Source of the DNA: Kineococcus radiotolerans SRS30216 = ATCC BAA-149
Lineage (GTDB): Bacteria; Actinomycetota; Actinomycetes; Actinomycetales; Kineococcaceae
Length of the DNA: 32,000 nt
Assembly: GCF_000017305.1 (NCBI RefSeq)
Contig: NC_009664.2
Location: forward strand, 4,440,001-4,472,000
Reading direction: 5' to 3'
The notes under the pieces are model-generated. The model did not search any database. It was not told the DNA's origin and saw only the letters and a list, made by a program, of their open reading frames with translations. Made by a program: the position numbers and the translations under genes. Below, piece by piece: positions 6,434-14,039 of this stretch; the stretch's first letter is position 1; each line of letters opens with the position of its first letter.

Positions 6434-7591
6434 ATGGCCAAAGCTGACCACGCCGTCTCACTGAACATGTCCGCCGCCATCACCGTCGGCTCCCGCACCG
6501 TGGAGGTGCCGGTACGGCGCAACGGCCGCCGTGTCGGGGTGCTGAGCATCAGCGGTCAGGGCGTGCAGTGGGACCCATCGACTACCCGGCCACCGGTCAA
6601 CGTCAGCTGGGAGGACCTCCCCGCCGTTCTGAAGTCGGCGACGTCCTCATCCGCTACCCCGGCGAGCAGCCCGAGGCCGTCCACCAAGCGCAGCGCGGCC
6701 CCTGCCTCCCGCAACCGAGCGGCAGCCGCCTCGAGAAGCACCGCCAGTACACCGGCCGGACCCGCGCCAGCTGACAAGACCAGCGACCGCAAGACCAGCG
6801 ACCGCGAGACCAGTGACCGCGAGGCCGGTGAGCGTGAGGCCGGTAGCAACGAGGCGGCACCTCAGCGCTCGCGCCCAGCGGGTAGGAGCGCAGCACGCCG
6901 CAAGACCGCCGGGGCGGCACGCCAGGCGAGCGGACGCACCGAGGCCACCACGAATGCGGTCACCTCCCTCTCCGACATGCCGACCACGGCAGGCTCGAGC
7001 GACGAGCCGCCGACCACGGCAGCCGCCACTGCTGAGGCGCTCTCCCTGGAGGCCTTCCTGGAAGGGGCCGCGCCGTCGGGGACACCCGCGACCACGGACA
7101 CCACCGTCAACCCCGCCGACACCTCCACCGCCGGCAGCACCACCGTCGGCAGCACCACAGGTGACGTGGGCAGCGGGCAGGTGCCGGGGCAGCAGGCGCT
7201 ACCTCTAGAGGGACGCGACCCCCTTGATCCCACCGGGGCCGGGGCTCAGATCAGTATCGAGGCCGACGACACACTCACCGCACTCACCTCTGCGCCCGAA
7301 CCCGGTGCCGAGTCGGACGCCACAGCGGCAGCGGAGCCGGCGAGCCGCAGGGCCGCGGCTCGTAGGGGCGCGAAGAAGGCCCCGCCGCGTCAGGCGGGGG
7401 AGCCGGCCGCGCGGGAGGTGACCTCAGCCCCTGCCCGGGCGAAGACCTCCACCGTCCCCGGCGCGGGCACCGACACCACGCCGTTGGATGCGCGGGTGGT
7501 GCGGCAGTGGGCGGCGGCCAACGGCATCACTGTTCCCCCGCGCGGCCCGCTGAGTACCAAGGTCCGGGAGCAGTACCTGGCCGCTCACTGA
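6434..7591 (+). CDS. Mostly disordered protein with an Lsr2-type C-terminal DNA-binding domain
   Basis: The C-terminal VVRQWAAANGITVPPRGPLSTKVREQYLAAH resembles the Lsr2 DNA-binding domain (mycobacterial ...[29 protein letters not shown]). GGAG lies 7 nt upstream of the ATG. About 270 aa of Ser/Thr/Ala/Pro/Arg-rich linker separates it from a small N-terminal ~65-aa globular-looking segment of unknown type. Confidence 0.7.
   Translation: MAKADHAVSLNMSAAITVGSRTVEVPVRRNGRRVGVLSISGQGVQWDPSTTRPPVNVSWEDLPAVLKSATSSSATPASSPRPSTKRSAAPASRNRAAAASRSTASTPAGPAPADKTSDRKTSDRETSDREAGEREAGSNEAAPQRSRPAGRSAARRKTAGAARQASGRTEATTNAVTSLSDMPTTAGSSDEPPTTAAATAEALSLEAFLEGAAPSGTPATTDTTVNPADTSTAGSTTVGSTTGDVGSGQVPGQQALPLEGRDPLDPTGAGAQISIEADDTLTALTSAPEPGAESDATAAAEPASRRAAARRGAKKAPPRQAGEPAAREVTSAPARAKTSTVPGAGTDTTPLDARVVRQWAAANGITVPPRGPLSTKVREQYLAAH
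6776..6850 (+). repeat. Five in-frame 15-bp tandem repeats (two perfect, then decaying) encoding KTSDR-KTSDR-ETSDR-EAGER-EAGSN
   Basis: Counted directly: 6776-6790 and 6791-6805 are identical (AAGACCAGCGACCGC). The next three units diverge progressively. Confidence 0.85.
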
Positions 7592-7622
7592 CCATGGCTC
7601 ACTGACTGCGGCTCACTGACCG
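7581..7622. repeat. Three tandem 14-bp repeats with an invariant core GCTCACTGAC
   Basis: Units are 7581-7594, 7595-7608 and 7609-7622. The first unit contains the stop codon of the Lsr2-like gene. Related single copies are GCGTTCACTGACCAC at 6366-6380 and GTCTCACTGAA at 6456-6466. Confidence 0.8.
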
Positions 7623-7645
7623 CGATCCGCGACCGGCGTGACGAG

Positions 7646-7684
7646 GGCGGGTGGCTGCGTGCACGAGATGCGCAGCCACCCGCC
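7646..7684 (+). terminator. Perfect 14-bp stem hairpin downstream of the Lsr2-like gene (candidate intrinsic terminator, no U-tract)
   Basis: GGCGGGTGGCTGCG (7646-7659) is the exact reverse complement of CGCAGCCACCCGCC (7671-7684), with an 11-nt loop. Confidence 0.5.
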
Positions 7685-7924
7685 GCCGCAGACACCGCGG
7701 GCATCGCGGCGTGAGCCTGCGGTCACTCTCTGCGGGGTCAGGACGGTAGATCTGAGACGGGGGCCTGGGGACGTACCCGAATCGGCCTGGCCGTTCCGGC
7801 CATGCTGTCCCGGCCGTGCTGTCCCTATGGCTGTCAGGCCCACGCAGGGGGCGGGACCGCTCCTCGCGCCTACCCTGGGTGGGACCGCACCCGTCCTGCG
7901 TTGAGAAGAGTTCCTCCTGTGTCT

Positions 7925-8308
7925 ATGCCGTCCCCGCGCCCCTCAGCGCTGCTGCGCGCGCCTCGAGCCGGCGCGCAGCTCGCCGCGTTGTTGTGGAAGC
8001 GGCGCCGGCTACGCCAGGACGTGGAGACCATCGTCGCCGGCTACGTCGCCGGTCTGCACCCGCGGGAGAACGTTGCTGAGGGGTTCAGTGCCCACCGGCG
8101 CTGGTCGGTCTTCCCCACCGGCCGTGGCAGCGTCATGGTCACCGTCAGCGTGGCGCACATCAGCGCCACCTCCACTGAGAGCGTGGCCCGCCTGGATTGG
8201 GAGTACGGGCTGCTGCAGGAGCTGCGGGTCCTGCTGGAGCAGCACGGTCACCGGGTGGTCGAGGTCTTCACCGACTGGCGGGTCACCGCCTTGGACGTGC
8301 ACTCCTGA
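7925..8308 (+). CDS. Hypothetical protein (127 aa from ATG 7925)
   Basis: The ORF frame has consistently G/C third positions from about 7925 onward. I recognise no motif. The track start at 7802 looks like a non-coding extension. The true start is uncertain. Confidence 0.45.
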   Translation: MPSPRPSALLRAPRAGAQLAALLWKRRRLRQDVETIVAGYVAGLHPRENVAEGFSAHRRWSVFPTGRGSVMVTVSVAHISATSTESVARLDWEYGLLQELRVLLEQHGHRVVEVFTDWRVTALDVHS

Positions 8309-8749
8309 GAGTGGGGGGCAGCTGAGGTCGGGGATCAAACGTGGCGGCAGCGGACGCAGGTGGCCGCGGCGGCGCTCCCTACCTACGCCCGTGCGTTCGC
8401 GTACGGACGGAAAGCCGAGCCCACGAGAGTGGTTGCTCATCGTCAGCGGAGTGCTGCCTTCGTCGGTCACCAGCTCGAGCACCCTCCCGCGGTCAGGCTG
8501 GCCAGGTCTCATCGGCCGCAGCGACTTGAGCGGTCTCGGTGGCCTCGGTCGCCTCGGCCGTTCGGTGAGCCGGAGTGAGATGGGTCGCACGTCGCCTCGC
8601 TGCGGCCTGTTGCGGTTGCGTCCTCAGCGAGTAGGGGATCATGGTGAGGTGTCAACCGGTCAGGTCGTGGCGGCGCACCCTGCCTACCGTCCGTCATCCG
8701 TCTGCCCCCGTCGTCTATCCATCGTCTGTGCAGCACATCTGGGAGAACA

Positions 8750-9631
8750 TTGATCACGTCGCCGCGGGCCAGGTTGCGAGGCGCCTGGGGTCCTCTGTTG
8801 TGGAGCAGCGCGGTGCTGGTGGTGTGGGACGTCCTGGTGACGGTGGCCTACTTCCAGCGTCCGGGGTGGTTCGAGACGGCGAACTTCCCTTTCACCCTCT
8901 TCGGCAGCGCCATCGCACTGTTCGTGGGGTTCGCGGTCAACGCCGCGTACAACCGGTGGTGGGAGGCGCGGACGTTGTGGGGGCAGGTGGTCAACTCCTC
9001 GCGCAGCCTGGCCCGCCAGGCGGTAGTGCTGATCGACGACCCCGTCACCTCCACGGAGGTGGTGCACGCCCAGATCGCCTACGTGCACGCGCTGCGGACG
9101 TCCCTGCGAGGTCAGCCGCTGCCGGAGGAGGCGCTGACGCGGCTGCGGCCCGAAGCGGTGAAGGCCGTGGAGGCGGCCACCAACAAACCCTCAGCGGTGC
9201 TGGTGGCGGCTGACCGTGCGGTGAGTCGGGCCCGGGCCGGCGGGGACGTCGAGGAGATCTCCCGGGCTCAGCTGGAGGAGAGCTTCGTCGCCCTCTCCAA
9301 CGCCCAGGGCGGGTTGGAGCGCATCAGGAACACGCCTCTGCCGGTGCACTACCGGGTACTGCCGGGGTTGTTCGCCCGCGTGTTCTGCGTGGTCCTGCCG
9401 TTCGCGGTGGTCCAGGACCTGGGGTGGGCCACGCCGATCGGTTCGGGCCTGGTCGGGGTGATGTTCCTCCTGGCCATCAAGGTGGGCCAGGACCTCGCGG
9501 AACCGTTCCGCGACGGGGTGCACGACATCCCCATGACGTCGTTGTGCCGCACGATCGAGATCGACTTGACGCAGGTCCTGGGGGAGAGGTCCCCGGACCA
9601 GCTCGGCGCGGTCGACGACGTCTTGTGGTGA
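8750..9631 (+). CDS. Bestrophin/YneE (UPF0187) family anion channel homologue
   Basis: FPFTLFGSAIALFVGFAVNAAYNRWWEARTLWGQVVNSSRSLARQ and NTPLPVHYRV...LPFAVVQDLGW...LAEPFRDGVHDIPMTSLCRTIEIDL parallel the conserved blocks of E. coli YneE and bacterial bestrophins. The TTG start is uncertain. Confidence 0.8.
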   Translation: MITSPRARLRGAWGPLLWSSAVLVVWDVLVTVAYFQRPGWFETANFPFTLFGSAIALFVGFAVNAAYNRWWEARTLWGQVVNSSRSLARQAVVLIDDPVTSTEVVHAQIAYVHALRTSLRGQPLPEEALTRLRPEAVKAVEAATNKPSAVLVAADRAVSRARAGGDVEEISRAQLEESFVALSNAQGGLERIRNTPLPVHYRVLPGLFARVFCVVLPFAVVQDLGWATPIGSGLVGVMFLLAIKVGQDLAEPFRDGVHDIPMTSLCRTIEIDLTQVLGERSPDQLGAVDDVLW

Positions 9632-9791
9632 CAGCACGTTTGCCGTTCGCCGCGAGTGGGCGCGTCGCGGAACATGGGTAAACGTACGTCGCGGGCCGAT
9701 GTTTTCATGTTGAGGATCTTTGTGCGGTGGTTGATGCCCATCGCCGCCTACCGCCGACCGGCCCTGTCAGCCATGGGCTCGGACGACGGTG

Positions 9792-9823
9792 GGGGATGAC
9801 GCCCGGTTCGGACGTCATGCCCC
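9792..9823 (-). terminator. Imperfect hairpin just downstream of the xylanase stop
   Basis: GGGGATGACG ... CGTCATGCCCC forms 6+4 bp of pairing with a 1-nt bulge and an 11-nt loop. It begins 12 bp beyond the stop codon at 9835. Confidence 0.35.
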
Positions 9824-9834
9824 ACCGGTGCCTC

Positions 9835-11232
9835 TCAGGCCGCGGGCTGAGCCTGCACCTCCGGTCGCGCGAGCAAGGCGGTGACTTCGTTGATGCCCCG
9901 GGTGAGGGAGTCGTGGGCAGTGGCGCTGACTCGGTCGGTCCGCTTGACGTTCTCGAGTCGTGAGAGGGCTCGCTGAAGGGCGGACACCGCCTCGGCGTCC
10001 CGATCGGCTGCCTCGTGGCGTTCGGCCTGACGCAGCACGTTGGTGAGCTGCTGCGCGAGCGGGCCGCGCGCCTCACCGGCGGCGATGTAGCGGTCCAGGT
10101 CGGCCTGCACACCCTGCAGGGCCACAGCGGGTCGTGCCTCGAAATCCTGCAACGCGTCGAGGACGGCGAAGTAGGCCGCCTTGGGCTGATACTGCTCATC
10201 GAAGATGAGTGGCTTCGCTCCGGGCAGCCAGGTGTAGAGGTGCTTGTCTGTGAAGCCCCAGAAGCTGATCTCGGTGATCCCGGAGTTCAGTGCCTCGGCG
10301 ACCACGTCGTGGTAGATCTGCGCCTGCGCTGCGGAATCAAGGGTGTGCACATCCAGTTCGGCGATGGAGACCTCAAGGCCCAGCGCGTGGTAGGCGTTGG
10401 CCATCTCGGTGATCACGCCCGGCTGCGGCCCTTGCAGGGTTTGGTGCATCTGCAGGGCGACACCGTGGATCGGGACGCCGTCAGCGACGAGGCCGGAGAC
10501 GAGCTCGTAGAGCTCCTGCCGCTTCTGCGGGAACGCTTCAACCAGGTTCTCGTTGAGGAACAGCTTTGCGTTCGGGTCTGCGGCGTGTGCGATCCGGAAC
10601 GCCTCGGCGACGTATTCCGGGCCCAATGCCTGGTAGAAGTCGGTGTGCTGCAGCCCTTCTCCGCCGTAGGTCGTGAGCGCCTCGCTGACGACGTCCCACC
10701 GGTCCATTTTGCCGGCGTAGCGCTGCATCACCGTGGTGAAGTGCTCCACCATGGCAGCGCGGAACGCGACCGGGTCGCCGATCTTCGCGACCAGGTAATC
10801 CGGGTTGCAGCAGGCGGAGATAAGGCCGTGGCCCTTGACTTCCATGTCGTTCTCCTGGGCAAAGGCGACCAGCCGGTCCAGGCCCTCGAAGTCGTAGACG
10901 CCCTCCTGAGGTTGGACGAAGGTCCACTCCAGGTCGTTCTCAGGGGACAGACTGTTAAACTCCTCGGCCAGCACCTCCCGGAACTGAGGTTCGGCCAGAT
11001 AGTTCGAGGGCCGCCCGTCGGACGTGGTCGTCATGCTCTTGATCGCGCCGGAGCCGATCAGCACTCCAGCGCTTTCAGCCACTTCGCGTAGCGAGTTGGG
11101 GTCATCGGAGCTGCGCGGGTGCGCAGGCTGCGCCCCACTGGGGGCGGCGGTAGCGTTCTGGGTGAGGCCTGCTGACAGCGTCAGCCCAAGACCGACGGCC
11201 GCGAGCATCGCGACACTGCGGTGCTTCTTCAT
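9835..11232 (-). CDS. Secreted GH10 endo-1,4-beta-xylanase with a C-terminal helical (FIMAH-like) domain
   Basis: A signal peptide is readable (MKKHRSVAMLAAVGLGLTLSAGLTQNATA). GH10 blocks include EFNSLSPENDLEW, EVKGHGL, acid/base WDVVSEA and nucleophile SIAELDV. The last ~95 aa are helical and hairpin-like (LDRYIAAGEARGPLAQQLTNVLRQAERH...). Confidence 0.85.
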   Translation of the reverse strand: MKKHRSVAMLAAVGLGLTLSAGLTQNATAAPSGAQPAHPRSSDDPNSLREVAESAGVLIGSGAIKSMTTTSDGRPSNYLAEPQFREVLAEEFNSLSPENDLEWTFVQPQEGVYDFEGLDRLVAFAQENDMEVKGHGLISACCNPDYLVAKIGDPVAFRAAMVEHFTTVMQRYAGKMDRWDVVSEALTTYGGEGLQHTDFYQALGPEYVAEAFRIAHAADPNAKLFLNENLVEAFPQKRQELYELVSGLVADGVPIHGVALQMHQTLQGPQPGVITEMANAYHALGLEVSIAELDVHTLDSAAQAQIYHDVVAEALNSGITEISFWGFTDKHLYTWLPGAKPLIFDEQYQPKAAYFAVLDALQDFEARPAVALQGVQADLDRYIAAGEARGPLAQQLTNVLRQAERHEAADRDAEAVSALQRALSRLENVKRTDRVSATAHDSLTRGINEVTALLARPEVQAQPAA

Positions 11233-11462
11233 CGTTCAGGTGTCCCTTCATTGGGAAGGCAGAGCGAGAGGCGCTGGTGGCCCGGGGGGGGCTGAGTCTG
11301 AGATCCCCGCTGCGGCGCACCCGCGGACGATGTACAGCGAATGTAGAGCACCTGAAACAATTCTGTCCAGAGGAGTGACGTCCTGCGCCCGCGGTCGGAC
11401 CTGGTCGTCGTGCAGCTCAGTGACGGGGCGAGGTCACGGACTCCGGATGGGGTTCGTCACTG

Positions 11463-11512
11463 ACCGCGGCGCCGCGGCATGCATCGCCGCGGCATGCATC
11501 GCCGCGGCATCA
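11463..11512. repeat. 15-bp tandem repeat GCCGCGGCATGCATC: two perfect copies plus partial flanking copies
   Basis: 11471-11485 and 11486-11500 are identical. Partial copies lie at 11463-11470 and 11501-11512. Each unit carries the palindromes CCGCGG and GCATGC. The array lies between the TetR stop (11728) and the xylanase start (11232). Confidence 0.85.
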
Positions 11513-11727
11513 CGACTACCTCATGACAGGAATCACGGCAGGCGGTATCAAGAACTCCTGCCGCCGCAGCAGCCGGCACGTCGCCAGGCTCCCTAGCGCG
11601 ATCCGGATACGCCATGTCCCCGTGCTGGTCGTGATCGCGGCGACGGTAGTTGTCCAGCCACCCTCGTCATCGATGAGGCGTTGGTTGTTTATTGGCGCCA
11701 CCCGGGGACGGCAGACCTTCTGGGGAA

Positions 11728-12351
11728 TCAGTCCAACGTGGCTTCGGGCAGCTTCCACTCGAAGAACTCCCGCATGGTGGCGACCATGTCGATCGACGGA
11801 TCGATCAGCCACTGCAACTGCGCTCCGTCCCACGTGCCGATGAGGAGGCGGCTCAAGGCGTGGGGGTCATGGGCGGGGTTGATGCGGTTGCGTTCCTGGT
11901 CATAGGCGAAGGCCGCCGCCAGCGACTCTCGCTTGCGCCGGTAGCGGTCGACGAACCACTCGTGGGCGGGGTGTCCCGGTTCGGAAGACTCCGCCGCCAG
12001 GATCGCGAACAGCCGCAACAGCGCGGGGCGGGTCAGACCTGACCGAACGCGTTCCAAGGTGGCTGCGGCGACACCGTGCTCGGCGCAGGCGGCGTCGAAG
12101 TCGAACACCTCGGTGCCGGTCTCGGTCTTGTCGGCTCGTTCCAGGACGGCTTCCAGTAGGGCGTACTTGGTGCCGAAGTGATGGACAATGCTGGTCAGGC
12201 TCACGTCGAGCTGGCGGGCGATGTCGCGCATCGAGCCACCGCGGTACCCGTGGGTGGAGAACGTCTTCGTGGCGGCGTCAAGGATGTCGTTGGCGCGTTG
12301 GGCCGACTTCGCGTAGGGACCTCGCGGTCCGGCCTGCCTCTCTACAGTCAC
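11728..12351 (-). CDS. TetR/AcrR-family transcriptional regulator
   Basis: An N-terminal HTH is readable (ILDAATKTFSTHGYRGGSMRDIARQLDVSLTSIVHHFGTKYALLEAV). The start is a GTG at 12351. Confidence 0.9.
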   Translation of the reverse strand: MTVERQAGPRGPYAKSAQRANDILDAATKTFSTHGYRGGSMRDIARQLDVSLTSIVHHFGTKYALLEAVLERADKTETGTEVFDFDAACAEHGVAAATLERVRSGLTRPALLRLFAILAAESSEPGHPAHEWFVDRYRRKRESLAAAFAYDQERNRINPAHDPHALSRLLIGTWDGAQLQWLIDPSIDMVATMREFFEWKLPEATLD

Positions 12352-12403
12352 CCGCCGAAGGTTAGCCCGTGACGGCCGCCGGCGTGCGCCCGCCGCTCCT
12401 CGG

Positions 12404-12423
12404 CTCGAGCCGGACCGCTCGAG
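12404..12423. promoter_or_regulatory. Inverted repeat CTCGAGC-N6-GCTCGAG in the TetR / ABC-operon divergent region (candidate operator)
   Basis: The 7-bp arms are exact reverse complements. The site is 53 bp upstream of the TetR start. Confidence 0.3.
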
Positions 12424-12710
12424 GTGACCTGTGACCCGACGAGCGCGCCGTGCTTCGCTCGATGCGAGCTCGCGCGTGGCTCGCCCGTGGCCCGCGCGTG
12501 GCTCATGTCTGGCTCGCGTCTGGATCAGCGGGCGGCGTCGGGTAGCGCATGGGGTGGCGGCGGGTTGCCCACCCAGGGGGCGTGGTCACGGGGTGATAGG
12601 GGGCGTAGGAGTGCCATCTCCACGAAAATGTTCACTTGTTCTGGTTTGGGGGGTACAGTCCTCCCCGAAGGCTCGAGGACGAGCCTTGCCGTGCTCACAA
12701 GGAGGTCCGC

Positions 12711-14039
12711 ATGCCGTTCACATCCCCCCTCTCCCGGCGCGCCACCCTGACCGGGGTGGTGACCGCCGCCGCGGCCTTGCCGATCCTCAGTGCCTGCACC
12801 AGCGGGGCGAGCTCCTCGGATGGGACGACACTCACGGTGATGGCCGGAGCCCAGGATCTCTCCAAGGAGCAGATCGCAGAGTTCGAGGCGCAGAACGCCG
12901 GCGTCAAGATCAACGTGATCAACACCGATCCCACCCGCCTGAGCACCATGCTCGGCTCCGGCAACCCCCCCGACATCGCCACCGGGCCTGCGGTCGGCAG
13001 TGCGAACTTCAACGCCCGCGGCCTGGCCACCGACCTCACTCCGTACCTCGACAAGAGCGCGGTACTGAAGGAAGCCGACCTGCAGCCGGTCAACGACAGC
13101 TTCCGCTGGGACGGCACCAGCAGCGGTCAAGGGCCCCTCTACGGCATCGTCAAGGACTGGAGCCAGGACGCCTCGCTCTGGTACAACACCGCCCTCTTCG
13201 ACCAGGCCGGCATCCCCTACCTCAGTGAGACCGAGCCCATCACCTACGACCAGCTGCTGGAGATCGCCAAGAAGCTGACCCTCAAGGACGGTGCCACCAC
13301 CACCGTCTACGGCCTGGGCATGGAGTGGGCCTGGGGCCTCTACGGACCCATCGCCACCATGATCCACCAGCAGGGTGGGGAGCTCTACAACGGCGACCTC
13401 ACCGAGATCGACCTGACCTCCCCGGCCGCGGTCAAGGCCTTCACCTGGTTCGTCGACTTCGCCAACGCCGGGGTGGGGCCCACCTCGCTGAATCCGCTGG
13501 CCGACGCCTCGGACTACTCCACCTTCGCCGCCGGGCGCATGGCCATCACCCAGGACGGGTACTGGTTCGGCGGCAACTTCGCCGCCCCCGACTCCCTGCA
13601 GACCGCTCGCATGGCCCCGGCACCGGTCATGGGCGAGACCCGGGCCAACCCCACCTTCTCCGGACAGGGCTGGTGGATCCCGGAGAAGGCCAAGAACAAG
13701 GACCTGGCCTGGAAGCTCATGGAGTACTTCATGGCCGGCCCCCCGGCTCAGGCCCGCGCCGAGAGCGGGTGGGGGTTGCAGTCGCTGACGCCCCTGCTCA
13801 CCGAGCTGCCGCAGGAGACGCCGCTGCAGCAGAACGCCTACGCGGTGGCACAGAACGAGCTGCAGTACGCTTTCGCGCTGCCGGACTCCCCCTACATCAC
13901 CAACGAGTTCTTGATCTCCACCCTGGACAAGTACGTGGTGCGAGCGATCAAGCAGGAGCTCACGATCGAGGCGGCCTGCGCCGGCGCCACGGATGAGATC
14001 AACAAGGCCCTGGCGCAGGGCAAGGAACAGATCGGTTAA
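12711..14039 (+). CDS. ABC transporter extracellular sugar-binding lipoprotein (family 1 / CUT1)
   Basis: The ATG at 12711 is preceded by AAGGAGG (12699-12705). There is a Tat-like SRRATL followed by the lipobox LSAC. The overall solute-binding-protein composition fits. The track start at 12636 is an upstream extension. Confidence 0.9.
   Translation: MPFTSPLSRRATLTGVVTAAAALPILSACTSGASSSDGTTLTVMAGAQDLSKEQIAEFEAQNAGVKINVINTDPTRLSTMLGSGNPPDIATGPAVGSANFNARGLATDLTPYLDKSAVLKEADLQPVNDSFRWDGTSSGQGPLYGIVKDWSQDASLWYNTALFDQAGIPYLSETEPITYDQLLEIAKKLTLKDGATTTVYGLGMEWAWGLYGPIATMIHQQGGELYNGDLTEIDLTSPAAVKAFTWFVDFANAGVGPTSLNPLADASDYSTFAAGRMAITQDGYWFGGNFAAPDSLQTARMAPAPVMGETRANPTFSGQGWWIPEKAKNKDLAWKLMEYFMAGPPAQARAESGWGLQSLTPLLTELPQETPLQQNAYAVAQNELQYAFALPDSPYITNEFLISTLDKYVVRAIKQELTIEAACAGATDEINKALAQGKEQIG

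Noticed and set aside
7600-8750. A search for a tRNA gene, integrase remnant or att-type direct repeat marking an integrated-element boundary.
   Set aside because: I found no T-arm-like GGTTCGAnnCC, no cloverleaf and no integrase-like ORF. The boundary idea is kept only as a low-interest hypothesis.
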